Positions 26,545 to 35,090 are shown, counted from the stretch's first letter. The stretch: 64,000 bases of DNA from Salinivirgaceae bacterium (GCA_017617355.1 JAFZWI010000002.1:19640-83639); one strand, 5' to 3'. Notes: generated by a model from the sequence alone, not told the origin. Program-made: numbers and translations.

Positions 26545-27873
26545 TTAAAACAGTTCAATTTTCTTGACGGCTGATTTCCTGCGTTTTTTGCGTCCAACAC
26601 CGCTCAACTTTCCAGCAGCCGCGTCAGCAGCCGGTTTCCTTTTGAACAGTTTGTAGCCAACCACGCCAAGAACAACAGCGCCAAGACCTATTCCGCCCCA
26701 AAGCAGAAATTTTTTCTTTTTGTCGCCGGTTTCAGTTGTAACTGCTGGCGACGTAGCGTTTGCGTCCATAGTAGATTGATTTTGAATATTTAAATTTGAA
26801 TTAGCTTGCGTTTGTTGTGAGGCGGCAGGCTGTGATGTTGTGTTATTGACAGCGGCCTTTACCTCGTTTACCGCGTCGGCGGTCTCGGTAACGGTTCTTG
26901 CGCCACCAATCACCTTTTTAGCAATATCTTTTGCCTTGCTGGCTATATTTTTCAGCAAACCGTTCAGTGTCTCCTCATCGTCCAAGCCATCAATGCCGTC
27001 GAAGCCGTTAATGCCTTGCAGAGTAATGCGGAAACCATTGTCGGTGCGCTGAATGTTGATAACCTTGTTAGCTTCATAAACACCTTTCGATGTTACCTTA
27101 ATAGGGTTGCCGGCAGCGCCTTTTGTTGCGGCGGCGTTTTTGGCGGCTTTTAGGATAGCGCTTTTCAGCTTGCCATACAAACCGTCCATTACCTCCGGCT
27201 CATCAATTCCGTCGAAGCCATCAAAGCCGTCAGTACCCTCAAGGGTGATTGACAAACCTTTCGGTGTGCGCTCAACACTCACAATCTTATTAGCCTCATA
27301 GACTTTTGCGGCCTCGGCTTTTGTGAGTTTTTTTGTCGGCTCAACCTTTGCAACCTTAACAGCCGATTTTGCTTTGTCAGCGATTGCTTTTGGATAGCCA
27401 GTCATTTTAAGCTCTTGTGGTTTTGCTTGAACCACAGCTTTAGGCGTGGTTGAAATCTTTGCGACTTTTTGGGCAGCGTTAACAGCGTCTTTCACAGCAG
27501 CGGCTGATTGCGGTGCGGCAACCACTTCTTTGACTGGCGACACTATCGACTTGACTACTACGGTCTTTGCCGGTGCAGCCTTTTTGGTGCTGGTCTTTTT
27601 GCCGGTTACTTTCTTTACGGCTTTAGCCACGGCTTTTGCGGCTTTCACTTTTTTGCCGTCCAAGCCCTCAATGCCGTCAAGAGCCTGCACAAACTTGCCG
27701 TTGATAAAGCCCTCGTCGCCCTCGTAGTTCACGGCGTACCAGCCGTTATCATACGATTGGAGTTCCAATTCCGTGTTCGGCTCAAACACACCAATCATTT
27801 CGCCGTCCTTGCTGGGGAGCTTGCGAAAGGGTGCGCCTTGACCTGCTTCCGTTATGACAATTCCTTTTCCCAT
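26545..27873 (-). CDS. SH3b-domain protein with a K/A-rich linker, a duplicated beta/G-x-D-G module and a C-terminal TM anchor
   Basis: 442 aa. The N-terminus is SH3-like (FRKLPSKDGEMIGVFEPNTELELQSYDNGWYAVNYEGDEGFINGKFV). The internal repeat VYEANK..I.R...G..ITL.G..GFDGIDG occurs twice, and the TM segment is LLWGGIGLGAVVLGVVGYKLF. Confidence 0.65.
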   Translation of the reverse strand: MGKGIVITEAGQGAPFRKLPSKDGEMIGVFEPNTELELQSYDNGWYAVNYEGDEGFINGKFVQALDGIEGLDGKKVKAAKAVAKAVKKVTGKKTSTKKAAPAKTVVVKSIVSPVKEVVAAPQSAAAVKDAVNAAQKVAKISTTPKAVVQAKPQELKMTGYPKAIADKAKSAVKVAKVEPTKKLTKAEAAKVYEANKIVSVERTPKGLSITLEGTDGFDGFDGIDEPEVMDGLYGKLKSAILKAAKNAAATKGAAGNPIKVTSKGVYEANKVINIQRTDNGFRITLQGINGFDGIDGLDDEETLNGLLKNIASKAKDIAKKVIGGARTVTETADAVNEVKAAVNNTTSQPAASQQTQANSNLNIQNQSTMDANATSPAVTTETGDKKKKFLLWGGIGLGAVVLGVVGYKLFKRKPAADAAAGKLSGVGRKKRRKSAVKKIELF

Positions 27874-27876
27874 TTT

Positions 27877-30800
27877 CTAAATGTTTTGATTGTTACTTTG
27901 ATTATTGTTTCTGCTTCTAAAAACAAAGGCTAACAGCCCCAAACCTACCACGGTGGCTCCGCCTATTATGAATGTCTTTTTACTTATGCCGCCTTGCTGC
28001 GATTTCTGCTGCTGCTTTGGTTTGGCGGTCTGCATTTGCGTTTGTTCGCTCGGCGACAAATTCTGCTGTCCGTTGTTGATTATCGGACGCGAATCAATGT
28101 AATCTTGCTGTGGTTGTTGTTGCGGCTGTGCTTGCTCCGTTTGTTGCGGCTGCTGACTGTCGCCGCTGGAAACCGCTTCTTTTAGGTCGTTGTATGTGTT
28201 TACCGCGTCCGCAATATCTTTTGCCGCACTTGTAACATTTTTGAAAAAACCGCCAATGTTGGCACATATTGTGAATATTGAGCCGGACGCTGCGGTTGTC
28301 GCGGCGGCGGCGGTTGCGACCTCTCCTAACCCTTGTATCGAATCATATCCGTTATCGCACAGTCCCGATACAACCGCTACCGGCTGGCCGTCGGGAATGA
28401 ATATTTCGGCAAGCGACGAGATTTTTACATAACCGCTGTTTTTGCCGTCGGTGGTGCTGGCAGCAATCCAAGTGCCGTCGGTGGCGTTCTTGTTGTCAAT
28501 ATCAACATACAGCGCAGTACCTTTCGGGAGTTCCGCAACCTTGTTGGATTGGTCGCTGCCCCCCTCATACATTGTGGTAGCCTCTTTTGTCGTGCGTTGG
28601 TTAGACTCGGTTATTTCAAGCTCTTCTTTGTATTCAGCGCCTTTTTCAGCCGAAGCCTCATCGCTGGCAACAATACCCTTTGCCTCTAATTCGGCCTTAT
28701 CTTCGGCTATATCAGCGTTTAGTTCTTCTATAATCTCATCGTCGGCGTTAATATCCTTACAAAGAGCCTCTATTTCCCCTTTTGATGTGGGATTGTCAGT
28801 TCCCTTCCATTTTTTTGACGCTCCTTTTTTCAGCGCGGCCAATAGCTTTTCCTCTTTACCGAGAAATATTTTGCAGAACATATTGCGTATGAAATCATAC
28901 GATTTTTTCTGCGCCTCATATTCTTCGGGTGTTATACCGTATTGACTGATAGCTTCTTCTTCGGTCATTGAGCCTAAATAGCTGCGACTGGCCATACGGA
29001 ACATATTTAGCCTAAAGGCGATGAGTAAACCGCCCTTGATTAACAGTGTCAGTGGGTTATAAGCCCACACCGCTGTTAATACTTTTTTTGTTAATTTAAG
29101 AGCAACTTTGGTTACTTTCTTTGTCAGCTTCCAAGCAGTAACCGTCGGTTTAACAACGGTTTCTTTAATAATCGTTTTTGCCGGTTCGTAAACCGCGTTT
29201 TTTGCCAAGTCCTTTGTTTCCTTTACGACGGTTTTAATCGGCTCGGAAACCGTGTTCTTATAAGCGTCCGACATTACTTGTGTCGTTGTTTTAACAACGG
29301 ATTTTGTCGGTTCAACGATTGTTTTCTTTACCGTGTCTTTAACTGCGGTTGCGGTAGTCTTTGCAATCTCTTTTGTCGGCTCGACAATCGTATTCTTCAC
29401 CGTATCTTTTACGGCTGTCGCGGTGGTCTTTGCAATTTCTTTTGTCGGTGCGACAATGGTTTTTTGTACGGTATCCTTTACAGCCGTCGCGGTAGTCTTT
29501 GCAATTTCTTTTGTCGGCTCGACAACGGTTTTTTTGACCGCTTCCTTTGTAACGTTTACAGTAGTCTTAATTGGTTGCGTAACCGCCGACTTTGCTTGCG
29601 AAACGGCCTTCTGCAATGATTCTTTTGCGGCCGCTTTATTGCCCGCAGCGACCTGCACACCAGCCTTAACAACATTCGCGGCGGCTTTAGTGGCGTTAAC
29701 GGTGCTTTGTACCGCTGCCTTACCAGTGCTAACGGCGGCTTTTATGCCAGTTTGTGCGGCGTTGGCCGTTGTTTTAGCTACCGTTTTGGCGGCGCTGGCC
29801 GTTGTTTTGGCGGCAATTTTAGCCGCGTCTGCCGTTGTTTTGGCTACTGTTTTGGCGGCGCTGGCCGTTGTGTTTGCGGCTATCTTTGCGGCATTAGTTG
29901 TGGTTTTTGCGACATTTTTTGCTGCCGACGCGGTTGCTTGTGCGCCGGACTTAACCATATTAGCCGTTGTTTTTGCAGCGGTTTTTGTAACGTTTGCCGT
30001 TGTTTTAGCTACTTGTTTTGTCGCGTTCGCTGTTGATTCCGCAACATTTTTAACCGACGAAGCAACGTTGGTTGCCGCTTTGGTTGTTGCTTTGGCGACG
30101 GCTTTAGTGGCTTTTTTAATTGCATTCTTTAATTTTCCGTTGAGTTCTCCCAAGCCATCGAATCCATTGAGTGTCTCGTATTTAGAGACTAAAGCGTTCA
30201 TTGCCGCGTCGTTACCGATAACTGGTATAAGCTGTGCAATCATTTGACGCACGGCGTTAGCCTCGGCCTCGGTGTCGTAGAATGCCAGCGGTTGAGCTGC
30301 TATTGCTCCACTCAATCGGGCAAAATAGCGGCGGCAGTTGTCAATGTTGTCCTGCACTGTCAACCCCTCATCAGCATTGTAGGCAAAATCAACGCCATAC
30401 ATCAAGAATTGTAAATCGTCATCAATTCCCGAAAGGCCGTTAAGTCCTTGCAGTGAGGCGATTGAGATTGTTACAATCGGTACGCGGATAGTCTTGGTGC
30501 GGACATATCCGTTTTTAATCTTCGTTTGGCGAAGATTCTTGGTTGTCGGTTTGCGATTTGCGCCTACATTCTGCCTAATTGTGGCTTTCAGCTTGCGAGT
30601 GAATGTATTGTCGTTCACCAAATCAGCGTCTTTAGAAGCTACATTGGCGAATGTTGTTGTCTTTTTCAGTCGGTTGAAAAGACCGCGCTTGTTGGGCAGG
30701 GTCTCAACAGCCCCATTCTTCAAAACGCGCTGTGTATCGGGGTCGTAGTTTTCGCCCGGCTCAAGAAAATGAGCGTCGCTCTCGTCGTTGGCGAGGCGAA

Positions 30801-31257
30801 TCTTACCCTCGTCGATAAGGCGGCTTTCCTCTCGCGCCATATTGTCGATAGCCTGCTCTCGGTTTGCGCTATCCCAATTGTCGATAACGTAGCCGAGCAT
30901 ATCGCTTAATTGCTGTGGGTTTTGGTAAACGGCAACCGCTTGCGGTGCTGCGTCAACCACTTGCTTTGTGCGCAAGAGGTGGTTGTATATCATTTCGGAA
31001 TCCTCAATCGAGCCGTTGCCTTGATAACCAACGAAATCCAGTCCTTTGGTAAGATAGCCGATATTGCGCACCGTCTTATTGTCGAGGCCGCGAGTGTAAT
31101 ACTGCACGGCAGCTTGACGGCGGCGTATTTTATCGGGCGTTTCCATTGTCCATTTTTGGAAACGGCGACTGCGCGTTTTGCCAGCCATATTGAGCTGCTG
31201 GTTGTAAGCGTTTTCGGCTGGCGCGCCATTCAAAAATTGTATAGGTATTCCGTTCAT
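27877..31257 (-). CDS. giant low-complexity membrane-associated virion protein (tape-measure-like or ejection-protein candidate)
   Basis: Start taken at MNGIPIQFLNG (31257), 4 nt after the upstream stop; 1126 aa. It has A/K/T-rich tandem repeats, an internal hydrophobic segment (NPLTLLIKGGLLIAFRLNMF) and a C-terminal SH3b-like domain. A Q-rich tract and the terminal TM segment FIIGGATVVGLGLLAFVF close the protein. Confidence 0.55.
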   Translation of the reverse strand: MNGIPIQFLNGAPAENAYNQQLNMAGKTRSRRFQKWTMETPDKIRRRQAAVQYYTRGLDNKTVRNIGYLTKGLDFVGYQGNGSIEDSEMIYNHLLRTKQVVDAAPQAVAVYQNPQQLSDMLGYVIDNWDSANREQAIDNMAREESRLIDEGKIRLANDESDAHFLEPGENYDPDTQRVLKNGAVETLPNKRGLFNRLKKTTTFANVASKDADLVNDNTFTRKLKATIRQNVGANRKPTTKNLRQTKIKNGYVRTKTIRVPIVTISIASLQGLNGLSGIDDDLQFLMYGVDFAYNADEGLTVQDNIDNCRRYFARLSGAIAAQPLAFYDTEAEANAVRQMIAQLIPVIGNDAAMNALVSKYETLNGFDGLGELNGKLKNAIKKATKAVAKATTKAATNVASSVKNVAESTANATKQVAKTTANVTKTAAKTTANMVKSGAQATASAAKNVAKTTTNAAKIAANTTASAAKTVAKTTADAAKIAAKTTASAAKTVAKTTANAAQTGIKAAVSTGKAAVQSTVNATKAAANVVKAGVQVAAGNKAAAKESLQKAVSQAKSAVTQPIKTTVNVTKEAVKKTVVEPTKEIAKTTATAVKDTVQKTIVAPTKEIAKTTATAVKDTVKNTIVEPTKEIAKTTATAVKDTVKKTIVEPTKSVVKTTTQVMSDAYKNTVSEPIKTVVKETKDLAKNAVYEPAKTIIKETVVKPTVTAWKLTKKVTKVALKLTKKVLTAVWAYNPLTLLIKGGLLIAFRLNMFRMASRSYLGSMTEEEAISQYGITPEEYEAQKKSYDFIRNMFCKIFLGKEEKLLAALKKGASKKWKGTDNPTSKGEIEALCKDINADDEIIEELNADIAEDKAELEAKGIVASDEASAEKGAEYKEELEITESNQRTTKEATTMYEGGSDQSNKVAELPKGTALYVDIDNKNATDGTWIAASTTDGKNSGYVKISSLAEIFIPDGQPVAVVSGLCDNGYDSIQGLGEVATAAAATTAASGSIFTICANIGGFFKNVTSAAKDIADAVNTYNDLKEAVSSGDSQQPQQTEQAQPQQQPQQDYIDSRPIINNGQQNLSPSEQTQMQTAKPKQQQKSQQGGISKKTFIIGGATVVGLGLLAFVFRSRNNNQSNNQNI
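29290..30130. repeat. in-frame tandem repeats (69-bp x3 and about 66-bp units) encoding A/K/T-rich helices
   Basis: 69-bp units start at 29342, 29411 and 29480 (EPTKEIAKTTATAVKDTVxKTIV). Units of about 66 bp lie around 29766..29900 (AKTVAKTTADAAKIAAKTTASA). Confidence 0.85.
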
Positions 31258-31261
31258 AATA

Positions 31262-32293
31262 CTATCCTTCAAAAGTTCTTGTTGGTTTCTTCTCGGCAAA
31301 GCACTGGTCGAGTACGGGGTCAACGGTGTAATAGCCGTTCTCATACGGCACAATCACGTAAACGTGCTGCCAGCCGCGCTGATAGGCGGCTACGCGGAAT
31401 TTGTATTTAATGCCAAGATTTTCCAGTATCGAGCCGATTAGCGTTGCAAAACAGTCGCAATCGCCCTTTTGGTCATACAATGCGCGAAGCGGACGGCGCA
31501 CTTGTTCTACCATTGGATTGTCTTTCACGTACTGAACGTGTGTATAGACAAAATCAAAGATGTTTTGCAGAGTTTCTTTCAGCGTCGGGCGTTTGAGCCA
31601 TTGAGCCAGTTTTGCGGTGTCCGATTTGTATTTCACGGCCACTTTGCGCATAAGAGCCACGGTGTCGTGTTCGTCGCCGTTTTCAAATAAAATAGGGTCG
31701 GTTTGCTCCAGTGCCTCACGCGGTGGAATGTAAGCTGCATAATCGCTTATAGGCCGAATGTTGCGGACGGTCGAAGCCGTCAGCCCCAAACCGTTCACTC
31801 CCATAAGGCTTAAATTGTAGCTTTGTGTTTGGTTAAGCGGTTGGGCAAACTGCAAGCGGTAGTTGTCAACGCCTATTGTGGCTTTGACTTGCAGGTATTT
31901 AACCAGCTCATCATAGTTGCCTTTTGTAATCCAGTCGGTGATGTTCTGCCCGACAACAGCAACCAATCGGGGAAATGGCACGGCGCATACCATAGATATA
32001 ACGCCGTTTTTGCCCATCTTCCGACTAACACTATTATAAACCACACTTGAGAGGTCGTAGCCGTTGTAGGTAAGCCCTACGCCATCAATCGAAACGTTTG
32101 ATTCTTTAAGCTGATTGATAGTAAACGACAAAGGAATATTGAGCGCGGAATTGCTGAACGACAGCGCGTTATTTATTTGTGCGCGTGCGGAAAAGTTCTC
32201 GCCAGTTGACTTCAAAAGCCCTTTCTTGGTGAGAACTTTGTAAATGCCGAATCCAACGGCAATCGCAATCAATATTTTTGTCCCTTTATTCAT
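31262..32293 (-). CDS. membrane-anchored transglutaminase-like (papain-fold) protein, first gene of the late arm
   Basis: 343 aa with the N-terminal TM segment ILIAIAVGFGIYKVL. The C-terminus GDCDCFATLIGSILENLGIKYKFRVAAYQRGWQHVYVIV...YYTVDP fits the Cys-His-Asp transglutaminase-core pattern. Confidence 0.6.
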   Translation of the reverse strand: MNKGTKILIAIAVGFGIYKVLTKKGLLKSTGENFSARAQINNALSFSNSALNIPLSFTINQLKESNVSIDGVGLTYNGYDLSSVVYNSVSRKMGKNGVISMVCAVPFPRLVAVVGQNITDWITKGNYDELVKYLQVKATIGVDNYRLQFAQPLNQTQSYNLSLMGVNGLGLTASTVRNIRPISDYAAYIPPREALEQTDPILFENGDEHDTVALMRKVAVKYKSDTAKLAQWLKRPTLKETLQNIFDFVYTHVQYVKDNPMVEQVRRPLRALYDQKGDCDCFATLIGSILENLGIKYKFRVAAYQRGWQHVYVIVPYENGYYTVDPVLDQCFAEKKPTRTFEG

Positions 32294-32300
32294 ATCGTTT

Positions 32301-32372
32301 CAAAAAAGGTGGGGGAGTGTTTGAGACCAATTTATAGTGCCGCGTCCGGCGAAAGCTGTGGTAACTCCCCAC
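32301..32372 (-). terminator. hairpin + U-tract in the leader of the late operon (possible regulated terminator)
   Basis: On the minus strand, GTGGGGAGT (32372..32364) pairs with ACTCCCCCAC (32318..32309). CTTTTTTG follows, ending 8 nt before the ATG at 32293. The loop is long (about 45 nt), so confidence is low. Confidence 0.35.
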
Positions 32373-32697
32373 TTAAAACCTTGTGAAACAAATTTATGGT
32401 AGCAGAGAGTGGTTAAAAATTCCACGGAATCCAAAAGGGTGGTTTGAGGCGGTTTTTGTTTGATTGTGTCCGATTATGTCCGTTTAAGGCTGATTGTATG
32501 GAAATCAGCAAAACAAAAGCGATAGTTTTGGTGGTTTTCGCCGAGAGAACAATTCCATAAAATAACAAGGTGGCGACGAATTTTTACAAGGCGGCTACAG
32601 TGGCTGGCAATTTTCAAATCATAAAAGCCGCTTGAAAGCAAAGCCCGGAGTACAAAAAACCGAACTACAACAAACTACAACAACTTACCGTTTCCAT

Positions 32698-32810
32698 CGG
32701 AAAAGTTTTGAAACGGTGTCGGGTTGGGGTCGGAAAAGTTTTGGAACGGTGTCGGGTTGGAAACGGAAAAGTTTTGGGAAAGTTTTGGAAAAGTTTTGGA
32801 AAAGTTTTGG
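32698..32810. repeat. iteron cluster, six copies of GGAAAAGTTTTG (two embedded in a 33-bp direct repeat)
   Basis: Copies at 32699, 32732, 32765, 32777 (one base short), 32788 and 32799. The 33-bp unit CGGAAAAGTTTTGRAACGGTGTCGGGTTGG occurs twice. The cluster lies in the divergent intergenic region. Confidence 0.9.
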
Positions 32811-32910
32811 GTTTCCATAATCAAACTGGCAACTTTTCGGTTTATCGCGGCCTGAAATTGCGGTTTCCGCACTTGAGAGATTGTATTTGCCGACAATGAC
32901 ATTTTTTTTC

Positions 32911-32918
32911 TACCTTTG
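32911..32918 (+). promoter_or_regulatory. Bacteroidota -7 promoter box for the MazF-like module
   Basis: TACCTTTG matches TAnnTTTG, 31 nt upstream of the ATG at 32949. Confidence 0.4.
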
Positions 32919-32948
32919 CATACACAAACACAATAAAACACAAACACT

Positions 32949-33230
32949 ATGGCACAGTACACATTGCAACTCGACCGCCGCACATTGTTCGGTAAAAATA
33001 TGTTCAATTTCCTTGCCGGAATGAATTGCATTGACGCAGACGCGCCAAATGTTGCTGTTGTCGATGAACGCACCGCCGAGGGAAAACGAATTTTTAAAAT
33101 TTTAAATGCTTCGGGGGCTATTAAAAAGGCTGAAATTACCACCACCGATGTAACAAGAGCCGATATTGAAAAGATTAGAGAACTATCACACCGACGGTTG
33201 GCAGAAAAACTTGAATTATATGACCTATAA
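32949..33230 (+). CDS. antitoxin candidate for the MazF-like toxin (no recognised fold)
   Basis: 93-aa ORF whose 3' end overlaps the toxin start by 11 nt. Confidence 0.55.
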   Translation: MAQYTLQLDRRTLFGKNMFNFLAGMNCIDADAPNVAVVDERTAEGKRIFKILNASGAIKKAEITTTDVTRADIEKIRELSHRRLAEKLELYDL

Positions 33231-33561
33231 TCAGCGCGATATTGTTTGGTTGAACTTTCAGTTTAACGATGGCCAGTTTAAGCCGCATTTGGCTATTATT
33301 GTTTCCGATAACTCCCTTCACGAAACAACTGGCGATTACTATATTGTGCTTATATCATCGAAACAAATATATCCCGAAAACACAATCGAAATAACCGATG
33401 ATATGGTTAGCGGCTGGTCTTTCGACAAAAAGAGCTATGTTATCTGCCATATTATTGAAAGCGATTTGAGCCGCGATTTTCAACGCAAAGTTGGTATTGT
33501 GAAAAAAGAGTATTTCAATCTGATTTTAGATAAAATCCTGCGTGTTATTTTTAACCGATAA
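33220..33561 (+). CDS. PemK/MazF-family toxin-like protein
   Basis: Start at MTYNQRDIVWLNFQFNDGQFKPHLAIIVSDN...YYIVLISSK...KKSYVICHII, matching the MazF pattern (GDIv.v.F....g.E..k.RPalvvS ... v.piTs ... S.v....i.ti). AT-rich. Confidence 0.7.
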   Translation: MTYNQRDIVWLNFQFNDGQFKPHLAIIVSDNSLHETTGDYYIVLISSKQIYPENTIEITDDMVSGWSFDKKSYVICHIIESDLSRDFQRKVGIVKKEYFNLILDKILRVIFNR

Positions 33562-33649
33562 CAATTCAAGATTCTTCAGTACGCCAATCTTTATCTGCAA
33601 TAACACTTTTGCCTTGTTACGCGCTCTATTTCTTTTTTGCTAAAATTGC

Positions 33650-34321
33650 TCATTTTGATTTTTCGTTACTATCTTCTTGGGGATAATCATCTTTTCCGAG
33701 AATCATTGCATCTGCGAGCGCAAATATAAAATCTCGGCTTTCGTTCTTGCCTTTTGAGAATGCTGTAAGTCTTTCTAACACTTGCTTTTTGTTTCCAAAA
33801 GTAGGAACTAACTCGTTTATGATTTTATTTAATTGGTATCCTCCTTCTTTTATAATCAAGCTAACCTCAAATCGCATATACTTTACATTATCACTGCTAT
33901 TGAGTTTTATATCTATCATATCGTCATTGGTTTTGCTGACTTTCCCTTCTAACACGCTTATTCTGCTTTCCAACTCCTTTTTATGTTCATCTGCTTTTCT
34001 TTCAATATCTTTTACTTGCGCGTAATTACTTACCACCACAAATGTTGCCAGTATTCCTACAAACGTTAAGACAACATTTTCGTTTTTAATAACGCAACTT
34101 GAAATATGACAACAAATAGATACGCCTAATAAAACAATTATAAGTGTGGTAATGATTATCCATAAAAACCAATATTTATGCGACCGTTCCTTGTTGTTTT
34201 CGATTTTTGATTGTCGTTTTTCCAATTTACGTTGAATTGTTAATGTAGAGGCCACACCCAATATCACACCTGCGGCAAAAATAACCACAGCTAATACCAC
34301 AGTTTGCAAACAACAACACAT
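33650..34321 (-). CDS. 3-TM membrane protein co-transcribed with the repressor (superinfection-exclusion/abortive-infection candidate)
   Basis: 223 aa with three hydrophobic segments and then a soluble domain of about 120 aa. It starts 4 nt after the repressor stop. The region looks markedly AT-rich. Confidence 0.6.
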   Translation of the reverse strand: MCCCLQTVVLAVVIFAAGVILGVASTLTIQRKLEKRQSKIENNKERSHKYWFLWIIITTLIIVLLGVSICCHISSCVIKNENVVLTFVGILATFVVVSNYAQVKDIERKADEHKKELESRISVLEGKVSKTNDDMIDIKLNSSDNVKYMRFEVSLIIKEGGYQLNKIINELVPTFGNKKQVLERLTAFSKGKNESRDFIFALADAMILGKDDYPQEDSNEKSK

Positions 34322-34325
34322 AATC

Positions 34326-34640
34326 TTATTGTTTCTTTTTTAAGCTGCTTTCCAGCACCTCAATATATTTATTAAGGTTTTGAATTGTCTTATCCTTTTC
34401 AATGCAGTCGGCGCAGACACTTTTTGCCTTTTGGTACACTTCGGGGTATGTTATAATATCTATAACTGGCACTTGCAAAGCCTCTGCTATTTTCTCCAAT
34501 AGTGAAAACCTCATATCACTATCCCGTGTTACGTAGTTGGAATAGGCGGTTTGACCAACCCCCAACCTATCCGCAATAACCGACTGTTTTATGCCTTTGC
34601 TTTTGCGGATTTCCTCAATGTTTCGCTGAATATCAATCAT
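34326..34640 (-). CDS. XRE-family HTH repressor (CI-like)
   Basis: 104 aa. IRKSKGIKQSVIADRLGVGQTAYSNYVT is a classic HTH_3 motif. It is divergent from a Cro-like gene, with inverted repeats between them. Confidence 0.85.
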   Translation of the reverse strand: MIDIQRNIEEIRKSKGIKQSVIADRLGVGQTAYSNYVTRDSDMRFSLLEKIAEALQVPVIDIITYPEVYQKAKSVCADCIEKDKTIQNLNKYIEVLESSLKKKQ

Positions 34641-34671
34641 ATCACAATTTAAATTATTGAAAATAAGAACC

Positions 34672-34736
34672 TTGTGGTAATATCAAAAAAAATACCACAA
34701 TTTTCTTGCACATATCACAAATCAGTGGTATGTTTG
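34672..34736. promoter_or_regulatory. operator/promoter region of the lysis-lysogeny switch
   Basis: Inverted repeat TTGTGGTA (34672..34679) / TACCACAA (34693..34700), a third half-site GTGGTA at 34725, and the -7 box TATGTTTG at 34729..34736. Confidence 0.55.
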
Positions 34737-34758
34737 CCTCGTCTTAAACATTAAGAAT

Positions 34759-34938
34759 ATGGAAACAACGAGAATCAATCCAGTACAGCCGAAGCGCGGA
34801 ACGCTGCAACGAATGGCAAAGGCGTTTTGCCGCTCAACGGCCTCAATCAGCCAGCATTTAAGCGGCATAACAAATAACGATTTGAGCCAGCGGATTCGCA
34901 AAATGGCATTGGAGCTGGGTGGACGAGAAACAAAGTAA
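34759..34938 (+). CDS. Cro-like small HTH protein
   Basis: Not in the track (59 aa). Hand-translated: METTRINPVQPKRGTLQRMAKAFCRSTASISQHLSGITNNDLSQRIRKMALELGGRETK, which includes an HTH pattern. Confidence 0.6.
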   Translation: METTRINPVQPKRGTLQRMAKAFCRSTASISQHLSGITNNDLSQRIRKMALELGGRETK

Positions 34939-34961
34939 CACACTATTTAAACTATACAACT

Positions 34962-35090
34962 ATGGACGCAATCACATTAACATTCGTAGGCACTTGGACG
35001 GCAATATTCGCCGGTTGTGCGCTGGTGGCATACTGTTGCCAGCAACTTGAAAACTACATTAAAAAATGTATAACCAAACACGATGAGTAA
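34962..35090 (+). CDS. small (42 aa) hydrophobic ORF
   Basis: Hand-translated: MDAITLTFVGTWTAIFAGCALVAYCCQQLENYIKKCITKHDE. It is preceded by the conserved ACAACTATG start context. Confidence 0.4.
   Translation: MDAITLTFVGTWTAIFAGCALVAYCCQQLENYIKKCITKHDE

Noticed and set aside
29333-30247. 304-aa plus-strand ORF (and 29278..29619, 29707..30036) with hydrophobic A/V/F repeats
   Set aside because: It is the antisense reading of the A/K/T tandem repeats of the 1126-aa minus-strand gene. The repeat periodicity creates long open frames on both strands.
32675-33145. 156-aa minus-strand ORF spanning the iteron cluster and the antitoxin gene
   Set aside because: It runs through the tandem repeats and antisense to a gene with a promoter box and translational coupling to the MazF-like toxin. 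The protein is low-complexity.
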